From assembly GCA_047967505.1 (NCBI GenBank), contig CM106538.1: 64,000 bases of DNA; one strand, given 5' to 3'. Numbering within the stretch: the first letter of the stretch is position 1; each line of letters opens with the position of its first letter. This document shows positions 1-12,600 of the stretch, in pieces. Position numbers and translations under genes: made by a program. This DNA comes from Dipteris shenzhenensis. Its lineage: Eukaryota. The notes beneath the pieces were generated by a model. That model made no database searches and was not told the origin of the DNA. It saw only the letters and a program-made list of their open reading frames with translations.

Positions 1-3000
1 GCTAGGTCTCACCCCAAGTTTGGAGCCTTAGAAGCTCCTACATCAGAGAGGGATTCTTTGGAACACCCCCCCCCGCAGAAGAGGCCAATGGCAACAGTCT
101 CATCAATGGATCTTCTTAGAGCCCCCCTCACAAGGAAGGGCTCACCACTAATGAGGAGCCTAGGTAGCGTTTGACTGCGTTTCTCTAGGAGACTTATTTG
201 GGCCAGCCCTCAAGTGTTGTGAGGAGTTTGAGCGGTAGCCCTCTTATTACATCCACAAGTTCGAGATCAGAAGGGCTTCATGCTAAGGCAACGAACACAC
301 GTTGGTTGGGTGTAATGGGATAGTAGCCAAGCTAGATAGTTCATAACATGGAGCCCTCTCTCCATTGGACAAAGGCATGAGCACAAGCCCTCACCCATCT
401 GAGGGGGGTACGCACGTGGACACTAGAGATATACTCCACCATCCCTGAGTCTGCATGAAGAGTTTGCACAAGGTCTTAATCGCTGTTGGTATAGATAGTT
501 CTCTAGGCTGACAAGGCTGTCCTTGAGGATTCAATATCTGCACCATGCCAATGGATCCTTCCATTCCAAGCACTAGAAAGAGAAGCTAGGAGGCCTCTAC
601 AGCCAAAGACAAATGGTAACCAGAGTTGGATGGGGCTTTGGACTTGCTCGAGTGACAGAGGATCAAAGTAGTGGGCCTTTTTGGCATGGACTGGACCCTC
701 AACCCAAAAGTACGAGTACTTAAACTCTTCCTCCTCCACACTCGCACTTAATGACATATACCTAGATGAATCTAGGAACATTCCCAAACTCAACCTCTAA
801 AAACACAACATAGTGCAGTTTCAATCTCATGATAGTCACTCACAAGGTTGAAAACCATAATGACACCTCCATTGTACAATAGGATGAGTACTCAACAAGG
901 CACATGAAGATGATATCTGCTAGTCTTTCCTACGATTCATCAATAGCAGTGATGTGTTTCAATTGCATTTGGCCACACTACAAGAAATATTAAACTGACC
1001 TGATCAACTAACATCACCATCAAAGAGGCACAATGTTTAAAGGTCGAACTTTGACATAAGGGCCTTCACCCTTCTTACAACATCTCCACCCTTCTATATG
1101 GGCCATCCATGCAACATCACAACAAGCCACATCCGCACCTTGGGGGGAATGCGACAAGCTATTCTTAAAGTAAATGAGTGTTCAAGCTATTTGTAGCATG
1201 AACCTGGACAGGGATCTAGGAGAACCATGCTACAACTCCCTAGGATGCAATAACCAATTTCGTGTAAAGTAACAACGAATTGTCTCAACCCCCTAGCCAA
1301 GTTGATTGTATGCTATGGATAATATTTATTTGCCCATTTGCTTTAGCACATGCCCTTCCTTAATAGTCAAACACCAATTTTCGTGGCCACACCAAAGGTT
1401 GACAAAACTCTCAAGTGATTCTTAAATGTCATCAAAATCACTAGACGATACCTCAAGGCCCCTCATGGTGTTCCAATAAAATAAGTGTAAGTTTGAAGGC
1501 AACCAATAAAGTAATGAATGGATGTCATGCATAACATCAACTTGGAATTATCCACACACTTGCATACATATATTTCAAAAGAAGAGGATAACTCCCAACT
1601 CACATTACTTTCGCCCCACGGCACTCAAATTACTATCCGTCTTCATTCTAATGGCTTTCTCCATCTTCATATTCTAATGGCTTCTATCAAAGCCATTGTG
1701 GCTTTTTGCATATAATTGTTATAGTAGCTTCCATATCACAATGGTTTTCTCCAAGCAACTGAAGGCTCATTTCACGTTTTTCAATGGTTTCTATCAAACC
1801 ATTTTGTTTTTTTTCATATAATGGTTTATTCTCATTTCTATTCTTGAAAACATACATAATCAGCAAGCTATATACCTTTAAAATGTTCGGAAGCACATTG
1901 CAATAGAACTCCTGACAATATTCATTACAACTTTAAGGCAAAATTAACTTATGCAAGTTTTTTCACGTGCTACACTCATACAATTACCACTGTCAAGATC
2001 ACTAGCAAGTTTCGATAAGTTTTCATGCTTTCATGCATGCAACCTCACCCTCTTGTCTTAACACAAAGAACACACTGTTAGAAATGAAAATATAACAATG
2101 GTCTAAGCATAACTTAGGGACTGCTGGCAAACTATTGCTCTCACTAGATCTTGCTTGCTTTGATCGGACTTTATAACAAAATCAAATTAAGCAAAAGGAG
2201 TAAGGATCACGGCAGTTCAAGCAATTCGTTGGAAGATATACCTTACAAATTCTCAACAAGTTATGAAAATGCATGTCTCAAGCTGTGTGGAGACCAGGAT
2301 TGCATCAATGACACATGTATTTGAAACCTCAACATATAGTTAACTGTACACGTTCTCTTTGAGAAGACAAACAGTTCACATAGCTTTGTTGGTGGAAAGT
2401 CCATACTAAAATCTGGATATACAACTTGCACTTGTGAAAGGTAGCTATTTTCCATCCAGTTACTGAACATTTAACAGCAGCTCATACTCTACTTAAAGTC
2501 ACGGAAAATTTTCAATGTATCGTTATAGGGTTTTCAGTTTGAGAAAGGCAGCTTATCTCTTGTGGAGGTCCCCTACAAAGAGAAAAATTTAAGACTTGTA
2601 ACTTCGGAAAACCTAGCTCTTTTTCTTGGAATAGGTTTGAGGAGACATGCTGCCTGCCTTACTGACAATAAAAATAGCTCAAAAGTACTCTCATTAAATA
2701 TGAAAATTTATCTACTATCATATGAACGACATATTCACTCATAAATGACAAAACATAGTTTGGTAAGGTTTTTTTGGATATAAACACCTCCTTGGGCATC
2801 TTACAGGTCAACTGAAAGTTTCAAGCAAGACGGGGGCTTTGTGAGTCAAAAACCATGCCTCATAAGTAACACTGCTGCTGCTGCTGCATTGTTATGATCG
2901 TATCAGCTACTCCAAATTAGACTAGTTTTTCCTTTATAAAGAAAGGCAAGTTCAGAAGTACTGAAGGGCTCTAGCAAGCACTGGAGTCGCCCTACAGCGT

Positions 3001-3548
3001 TAAGAAAGTGAAAAAAAACCATCTGATGCCATAGGGAGACCAAGTACAAATATGAGCATCTTTGTTCACCATGTTCTTTCTGATTAACTATTTGATGAGA
3101 CGAATATAGCCTCTTTTGTTCACCAGGTTTAATTTTTAACCAACTGTTTGATGAGACATATGAAGAGGTCATCTGTACAAACATCCGCATTGATCAAATG
3201 CAGTCGTGAACTATAGCAATAAGAGTAGACATGAACAGGTAACTTGGACCAAATTTGTAAAAAGTGAAATAGACCAGCATATTGTAAACAGTGATTCATT
3301 ACTGTAGATGCTAGTTTTCAGTCACTCGAGCCTCTCAAGATATATGCTAGAGATAGAGAGGAAATAAGAGAAGAGAGGGGAAAAGAGAGAAAAAAGAGAT
3401 AGAGAGGAAATAAGTACTCAACTCTATCCAATCGTATAATAGAATGTGCTCTGGCTTCCAACATAAAAGTCTACAAACAACAGTCCAATTTATAATAGTT
3501 TTAAGGCATGTCATGGGTATTGTTACCTTGAGAAATTCACTCCTGTCT

Positions 3549-3653
3549 TCATTTGTAGCGTATGCAAGACGTGCCCTGAAACTGACATTTTAGAGCCTTA
3601 GGGTCAGACCATGAAGAGTTTGTATGCGAGTCATCTTCGTCCTCCTCTAGCTT
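3549..3653 (-). CDS. CFAP298: CFAP298 terminal coding exon 7
   Basis: TATGCAG acceptor then [34 protein letters not shown]-stop, matching the family C-terminus; too short for the ORF track. Confidence 0.9.
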   Translation of the reverse strand, partial: KLEEDEDDSHTNSSWSDPKALKCQFQGTSCIRYK

Positions 3654-6600
3654 CTGCATAACAGTAATGCATTTATAAACTCTCTCTCTCTCTCTCTCTC
3701 TGCAAACAAGAAATGCTTCCATGTTTTAAGGATATGAATAAAAAAGAAGTTTCGGCTGGTATCAACTTGCATCCTTTAAACATGATGGGATGACCATGTT
3801 GCTCGAGTAATGCTCAGGAGGCATAGTCGCTACCATAGGTCATCACATCAAATGGCTAATCCCACTGAGCCAAAGCCAAGCATGGGGTGTGGTTACTTCT
3901 TCCCTCAATAAATTGAAGGCCATAAGTGCTTCTGGAGTGAAGCAGATGGGCTGCTTTCCTGGCCGTCGCTCCTCAGCAGGTTAGTATAGGCACTGCAAGT
4001 TTTGCCAAGTCCTCGATATGCTTCGGTAGGCCTGGCAAATACCAATAAACATGCGTACCCTTGTGCCCTGGTGGGAACCTCCCATTTCACAATGTCCTTG
4101 ACCTTGACAATGTCTAACTGGATACCAGAGAGACTAATAATAGAAATAGTGTACTTCCTCCAAAACGAAATTGGACTTCTTGGAATTGATATACAGCTGA
4201 TTTTCTTCCAAGAGCTAGAGGACCTGCCTAAGGTGATGCTCATGTTAAGTGGGATCTTTTGAAATAATAGTGTCATCAAGAAACACAGAGATCATTTGCC
4301 GATGGGATTCTTGAACACCCATGACATCATTAAAACTGGCCCGTGCACCTCTGAAACCACAAGGCATGATCATGAATTCATACTGCACCTCTCTATCAAA
4401 ATCTATTTCGCGGTGCTGAATATGATGCTATGCACACTTTAAGTCTATCTCAAAAAGCATCTGCGCTCCATTATGTAACACCGTTTCTTCTTCCCCTCTG
4501 TTCTCCCCTGCCTAATCACGGGAGTAGCACCTTCATATTCCTCCCAGCCAACTCTGCCAAGACTGCTAAGCAAGAGAGAGACGGAGCTGTACAAAAATCA
4601 CGTAAAAATCCACATCCTTATCTTCTCTCACTAGCCTTGACAGACCCCAAATCCCTAGATAGATCTAGATGCCACATGTCATCCATATAGGGCCTTCCTA
4701 ATGCAACATTTCACCCCTCTCTTGGGATGCATTTAATTCCTTGCCCCTAGGCACAATCTTTGCACTAGGCCCTTGGTCTCAGATCTATCTAGTCTGGTGC
4801 TATCAGCCCTCACCTAGGACCTTGACATTAATCCCTCCCGATCATTTACATAAAGCGCAAACACACATATTACAAAGATAGATCCTATAAGGGAAATGTC
4901 GACTGATTCTTCCGAGGTCATGCTACCTCGGCTAGAGCGTAACATTCCTTCCCTCTTCAGACATCAGCGTCCTCGATGATAAAGTCTGGGAACACTCTCC
5001 GCAACTGATATACGGATTCCCAAGTAGCTTCGGATAGAGGCTGACCATGCCATGCAACCAACACCGTGGGTATCTTCCGATTTCGTATTTGCATTGTTCC
5101 TCGGTCCAGGATTCTTGTTGGTTTGCGCCTTGCAATATCCTCTATCTCCTGAAACAAAACCACACCTTCGATTAGTGAGTCACCAGTATGTAAAAATTTC
5201 TTTAAACGTGAAACATGAAAAACCGGGTGCACCTTACACCCCTGTGGCAATTCTAATTTATAGGCTACACTGCCTATTCTTTTCAGAATTAACCACGGCC
5301 CACAGTATCGAGGTGATAACTTAGCACACTCTCCTGAAGTCAACGACTTCGAGTGCGAAGGAATTCTGAGAAAAACTTTTTCTCCTTCTTCAAATACTCT
5401 TATAGACCGATTTTCATCCGCATACACCTTGGCTCTATCCATAGCCTGGCGGATGTTAGCTCTCGCAAGTGCTAGCATCTCCCGCATCTGAACTATAAAG
5501 TTCGCGGCACTAGGCACTTTCTGAGGTACTCCAACTATAGTCGGATTGGCTGGTCTATAACCATAGTTCAGTTCAAACGGACTGAACCCAGTAGATGAAT
5601 GTTTTCTATCATTGTAGGCAAACTCCAACAATGGCAACCACTTGTCCCATGTATGTTGCCTCAATGACACATATGCCCTCAGCATATCCTCTAAAGTCTG
5701 GTTGACTCTCTCCGTCTGACCATCCGTCTCAGGATGATCCCCACTACTCATTCCCAACTCAGTCCTTAGTGTCTCAAATACCGCTGTCCAAAAGTGACCG
5801 GTAAACCTGACATCTCTGTCTGACACTATGGATCTAGGCAAATCCATGCAGACGAAATATATGTCTAATAAACAAATCCGCTACTTGCGGGGCACTAATA
5901 GACTCTCTAGTCGGAATGAAGTGAGCCATCTTGGTTAGACGATCAACCACCACAAGGATAGAATTATACCCTCCTTGTGTTGCAGGTAACCCTACAATAA
6001 AGTCCATGGAAATGCTCTCCCACTTACTTAGTGGTATTTCCAAGGGCTGTAAAAGTCCGGGTGGCTTCACCCGCTCGGCCTTACTTACTTGACACGAGAA
6101 ACACCGTGTCACATATTCATGAATATGCTTTTTCATCTTTGGCCAAAAGAAATCTCGCTTCACGAGATCATATGTCTTCTCGACACCTGGATGTCCCGCA
6201 CACGGGCTATCATGGCATTGTCGAATGACTCTCTGCCTGAGATCATTCTGACCAGGTACTACAACCTTGCCATTTCTAACTAGCATACCATCCCTTATGG
6301 TATATCTTGCATAAGTTTGGCCCTTTCTGGATGCCAGGTCATCCTTTTCATTTTCCCCGGGTTTTAACACACGAGCTTTAGGCCATAAGCTCTGGACAAA
6401 CTCGTCCACCTTCTGAGTTTCTTTGATCTCGGTCATTAGAGCACTCTCTAATACCGTGAAACTCAGATTGTGCATAATGCGAGACAACGCATCAGCAACC
6501 TTATTGTCTTTTCCTCTTCGGTACCGAATCGTTAAATTAAACTCCTGCATGAGCTCTGCCCACCTAGCTTGGCGGCCCCTCAAGTCAGGTTGTTTACAAA

Positions 6601-9600
6601 AATGTTTCAGAGAACTGCATACAACTCCAATTCATGAGTTGGCTAATTCCTTTGAGAGGGAGAAAGCTTCTTGCTTTCAAAGGCTACTGGCCTTCCCTCT
6701 TGAAGGAGGATTGCTCCTACCGCAATGCCACTTGCATCGGTTTCTAGGAACAACAGTTTCTGGGGATCAACTATTTTTAACACCGGTCCTGAGACCACAG
6801 CTTGTTTTATGGTGTTAAAACTTTCCTGTTGATTCTGTCCCCAAATAAAAGGTACTTTATATGAGGTCAGATCAGTCAATGGCGATACTATTTCGGAATA
6901 TCCTTTGATATGCCTTCTATAAAACTGGACAAATCCCAAGAATGATCGCAACGCGGTCAGACTCTGAGGGATTGGCCAAGTTAGTATCGCAGCCACTTTC
7001 TTCGGATCCATTTCTACCCCCTGTGGAGTAATTATGAACCCTAGATACTCAAGCCTAACCATACGCAGTATAGTTTTCTTTTTATTCACATAAAGACTGG
7101 CTTTCCTCAAAGTACTGAACACTATCCTTAAGTGTTCACGATGCTCAGTAATACTTTTACTAAATATCAAGATATCGTCAATAAAATGTACTACGAACTT
7201 TCCGATATACGGACGTAGTAAATCGTTCATAAGCATGACGAAGGTCGCTGGAGCATTGGTAAGTCCGAAGGGCATCACCAAAAACGGTGAATCAGGAGTC
7301 CGGCCGACCCAGCAGGGATCGCGCCCAGTAGCTCATACGTTATCTGGCAGGATTGCATTGCTGGAAGATGCCTTGCAACAGTTGTTAGCACAGCAGTTAC
7401 AAGCCAATGCAGGGCAGTCCGAACTTAGGAGAGTACTACAGAGTATGTCTGCCAGACCTTCTCGAGAGGAGAAGGGAAAGGCTCCAATGGAACCGGAGTC
7501 TAGTGTCCATACGGTCGAGCCTAGGAAGGCTAAAGCGCCAAATATTGCTAATTACAGACCGGAAAAGTATTCTGGTCGGATGAACGACCGTAGCTCCGAT
7601 GTCATTGAGACCTGGCTACACAAATGGGACGAGGCGTTCGCCATTTGTGAGATCAGAAATGACATCAAAAAGATCCGCGAGGCCACCCATATGTTTAGTG
7701 AGGCTGCGGATCGGTGGTGGATTAAACAACAAAAAGACGGTATAGCATCCACTACCTGGGAGGGGTTTAAAAGAGAGTTCAGAAAACACTTCTTACCTCC
7801 TGACGAGGCATCCCGAGCTTGGGATCAATATAGGAACCTGCGTCAGAGAAATTTATCAGTGGCAGAATACACTGATAAGTTTCGAGAGAGTGTAATGAAG
7901 GTTGACGAACGCCTGCCTCAATCAATCCAAGTGAAAGATTTCATATTTGGATTGAATGATCGAATAAAAATGGAAGTTCGGGCTAAGTACGCGAACACGC
8001 TAGATGATGCAATAGCTATAGCCTTGAACTACGAGGATGCCAAGGGCAGCAAGCCAAGTGGGTTTGCACAGGTCGGAACCCAGTATGGGTATCCGAAGAA
8101 ATCTGGGTTTAAGAAGAAGTGGACTAGTAGAGGGAGTGGTTCGCAGCCGAGTGGTCAAGCCAAGCAGGCGAGACCGGCTGAAACTCCTAAACCAAGTACC
8201 ACCATTGGAGTGAAGAGAAAAGTAACTCCAATGGCAGCCCGGGCTTGGTCTAAGTCTCCCTTGAACCCGGAACAAAGGGAAAAAGCGAGGAGAGAAGGCT
8301 TATGCTTTGGTTGCCTTCAACCTCATCAGTGGAGAGATTGTCCACGTAATAAAGATCGTCGGATGGCTGAGATGGTGATCTCAGAGTGCGACGTGGAGAT
8401 GCAGGGAAGTCCCAGAGCGGAAGAGATGCAGATTCAGCTAGCGGGATCTTCTCAGAGGTTAGTACCTTGTTTGTGCTGTGTGTCTGTTACTAAGTTAGTG
8501 ACGAGTGCACCTGATAACATCCTATCTAAGCCCGCAGCAACGGGGTATACAGCCTTCAATGATACGGAGTTAATCAAAATGAAAGGGCAAGTGGCCAGTC
8601 ATGATGTCATTGTGTTGTTTGACTCAGCGTCAACTCACAATGTGATTAACTCCAAGCTCGTGAAGAGGCTGAAATTAAAGACAAGTCCATCTGACTATGC
8701 GTATACAGTCAGGATGGCTGATGGAAGTTCAACTGAAGTATGGGACCAAAGGGTTACCCAGTTGGAGCTTCAGATTCAGGACTATACTGAGAAGCTTGAT
8801 TTTGAAATAACCAAGCTTGCTCATGCGGATATAGCCCTGGGAATGGCGTGGCATTCTAGGAAGAATCCAGCCATTGATTGGAAAAAGCACGTATATCAAT
8901 TCAAGATGAATGATGTGCTTTATGTCTTGCGAGGTGGAAAAGATATACCTCAGGGACCGTTGGTTTCCGTAATGGAAATCAGAAAGGCTCAAGTAGAGTT
9001 TTTATACCTTTGCACCGCATCGGTAGAGTCGGTGAATGATTCTTCGACTAGCACTGATGTTACGCAAAGTGATGAGATGGCCAAGCTGGCTAATCTTATA
9101 ACAGAGGAGTTCTCTGAATGCTTTAGGGATGAACTACCTTATGGGTTACCTCCAGAGCGGAAAGTTCAGCATAAGATTGAACTGATCCCGGGGGCAGAAC
9201 CTGTAAATAGACCTCCCTATAGAATGAGTTTTACTGAAGAAGCGGAGGTGCGTAGGCAACTGGAAGAATACCTCAAGTTGGGGCAGATTCAACCAAGTTT
9301 CTCACCTTTTGCTTCACCAGTGATATTAAAGAGGAAAAAGGATGATACGTTTCGCCTCTGTATAGATTACAGAGCATTGAATAATATCACTGTTAAGCAC
9401 AGGTATCCGATGGCTCGGATTGATGATTTGCTAGATGCATTACATGGAGCCGTGATTTTCAGCAAGATAGATCTTAAGTGCGGCTATCATCAGATCCGGA
9501 TTAGAGCCGAGGATGTGCATAAAACCGCTTTTAGAAGCAGGTTTGGTCATTAACGAAGGGCATTTGCCTTTGAAGAAGGGCTATATGAGCGGAAGAACCG

Positions 9601-12600
9601 AACCATGGTGGAAATGTCTCGAACCATGGTCGTGCACCGAGAGGTTCCTTCCCATGGGCTGAGGCCACAGCCATAGCAGTACATATCCTTAACCGTTCTC
9701 CAACCTCTTCTGTTCCTAAGGTTACTCCCTTCGAGGCTTATCTTGGGAAGAAACCAGATGTATCCTATTTCCGCGTATTTGGGTGTGATGCCTTTGTTCA
9801 CATTCCCAAGAAACAGAGAGGGAAGATGGATGCTAAGTGACAAGTCCACCCAAATGATATTTGTGAGTCACAATTCTCAGTCAACAGGTTACAGGTTGTA
9901 TGACTCTTTGAGGTAGGAGATTGTTCTCAGAGGGATGTTGTATGTGATGGACATATTCCTTCTCCCATGATTGAAGCAGAGCCACCTCTTATTACAACGT
10001 CAGTTGATGATGATAGTGGTGATGATAGTCCTGAACCTCCTCAAGTACCAGTAGCTGTTCTAGATCCTCAAACCGAGAGTGACTCGGACTGTGACCCCGA
10101 TGATTCCCACCTCCTCAGGCAGATGGGGAAAGTTCAGGGTCCGGCTCTCAAAAAGTACCCCGATGGCTGATTGAAACTCTCCGATGACTCCAGCATCACA
10201 TATATTCTCTCTTCATGGCTTTGAGAAGAGGATGGTCCACATAGATTCCACCAGAATAAGGAGAAGGTTCGGGAAGCAGGCCCGCTCTAGGTTAACTACT
10301 CCTTGATGTTCCGCATTCTCAAAGACAAAGAACCCTCAATTGTCAAGAAGCACTTTCTCAAATGCACTAGAAGAAGGCCATGGAGCTGTAGTTAGACTCC
10401 ACTGAGAAATGGGAACTGAGGACCCAAGCGCTGTTCAGTCATTGGTGTCATATGGGTCTACAAGACCAAGTATGCATCAGATGGTACTGTGGATAAACAT
10501 AAAGCCCGTCTTGTGGCCAAAGGAGACTCACAACGACCTGGGATCAATTATGATGACACCTTTTCTCCTATTGCCAGGATGGTCAATCTCCGGCAATGCT
10601 GCAAGCAGTTCCTGCTCGTAAGCAATGGCCGATTTACCAGATGGATGTCAAATCTACCTTTCTCAATGGTGATCTGAAGGAAGAGATCTATGTAGAACAA
10701 CCTCCAAGATTTACCAAGTCAGCAGGGATGATTTGCTGGTTGAATAAAGCTCTATATGGGCTCAAGCAAGTTCCCCGATCCTGGAACCAGAAGATAGATG
10801 ACTTCTTTGTACGGAAGCAATTTCAGAGGTCCCGAGCTGATCCGAATCTGTACATCTTCCAACAGAATAGTCTCAATTCCCTGATGATTTTGTATGTGGA
10901 TGACTTGTTCATTACAGGTAGTCACGTAGCTCATATATCCGAGAAAGAGGCCGCCCTTTCTCGGGCCTTTGAGATACGGATCTCGGGCTCCTGCACTTCT
11001 TCCTGGGATTGGAGATTTGGTAGGGCCAGGAAGGCTACTTTGTGTCACAGAAGCGGTATACTTAGGAGCTTCTAGAAGCTTTTCACATGACAGTTCGTGC
11101 CGTCTCATCACCCATGGACCCTAGTACCAAACTGTCTAAGTATGATCCTAGTGAGCCAATGCATGCCAGCAAGTATCGACAGTTGCTTGGATAATTGATA
11201 TGGCTCCTTAATACTAGATTGGATCTGTGCTACTCCATTGGACTACTTTCGTTCATGCACACACCAAAGAAGACTCACGGGGATGCTAGTATGAGGATCC
11301 TTAGGTTTCTTCAAGGTTCTCGCAATCAAGGGTTTTCTATTAGTCAGGGTAGTAGTCCAGGATCCAGCTACGAGGCTGGAGTGAATCAGATTGGGAAGGA
11401 GAGTCAGATACTCGTCATTCGACCACTGGTTATTGCTTTACCTTGGGCTCAACAGCTATCACCTGGAGCAGTAAAAGGCACCCACTATAGCATTATCTTC
11501 GATCGAGGCTGAGTTACCGTGCTGCTTACTTGTGGGGTCGTTTGGCTCTGCCGTTTACTTGGGAAGATTGGGTTCCCGCAGATGTCCCCGCCCATCATTC
11601 ACAGTGACAATCAGAGCTGCATTGCACTTGCTCGTAACCCAGTGTTCCATGCACGGACCAAACATATTGAGATCCAGTACCATTATGTCAAGGAGAAGGT
11701 GCTTGCTGATGTGATCCAGCTTATCTACTGCAAGACGGAGGACAACAAGGTGGACCTCTTCACCGAGCCCTTGGCACAACACCTGATTGAAGACCGTTCC
11801 AGCTCCCTCAGGATGATCGATGATCCAGGAGCTAAGAGGGGGTGTTAGAGATGCCATCTCTTGTATCATGCCAAAATTCAAATCACCAACATAACCTTTC
11901 ACAATCTCTCATCCATGAGAAGTTAATTACATCTCCCTCTACGATTTGAATTAAATGAGAGGTGGTCCCAACCTAGCAAATCCAAATTCCTTCTTGCTCA
12001 ATATTGAAGGAATGCTTCTAAATTTAGAAGGCAGTGTGTTAAGTATTTTCCAACAAGGTGTGGAAATTCAATTCCATATGACTAAGGCTCAGCCCAACAA
12101 ATAATAAACAAAGTGCTTGGTTTCCAAAACACAAACAAACATATCTCTCATTTATGCTCATGAAGTACGTTGCACAAGGCAAGAGAAAATAAATCAGATT
12201 TCTCATGAATCACATTCAAATTCAAATCACATAAACATGAATTGTCTTCCATGACTAAAAGATTTCAACAACTATACACACAAATTTTTGTAAAGAAATA
12301 AACCTAAAACAGCACTTTATTTCTCTAAAATATACATACATATTTGGATACATAGAGGAAAAATCTCCTTTATAGGGATTCTTAACTTAATGTGCATAGA
12401 TGTGCAAGCCAGTAAATAGACAATGCTCAGACACAAATATAGAAGCAACACTTTATATTTCCGTCCGTCCAAAAACTAGGACACGATACAATACCAAAAG
12501 GTTCTCCTACTAGATATCAAGCACTTCTAGATCTCTGAGCCCGCGTGCTCCACCTCGAGCAAATGTAGACACTCTGTCTAGAGTGATCCTCTCCACCTTG

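Larger units (their letters stand above)
4474..9552. mobile_element. Rearranged Ty3/gypsy chromovirus (3' LTR and RT-RH-INT-chromodomain on minus; inverted gag-PR-RT on plus; 5' LTR missing)
   Basis: RT is split between ...FRSRFGH (9550, +) and [15 protein letters not shown] (from 7284, -); the integrase ends in a chromodomain ([20 protein letters not shown]). Confidence 0.92.

Noticed and set aside
1-1900. Host gene or identifiable element in the first 1.9 kb
   Set aside because: Looks like heavily decayed repeat DNA; no diagnostic motif could be read with confidence.
7235-7284. Start of the 772-aa ORF as the true gag start
   Set aside because: The first residues are the antisense of RT across the inversion junction, so the start is chimeric.
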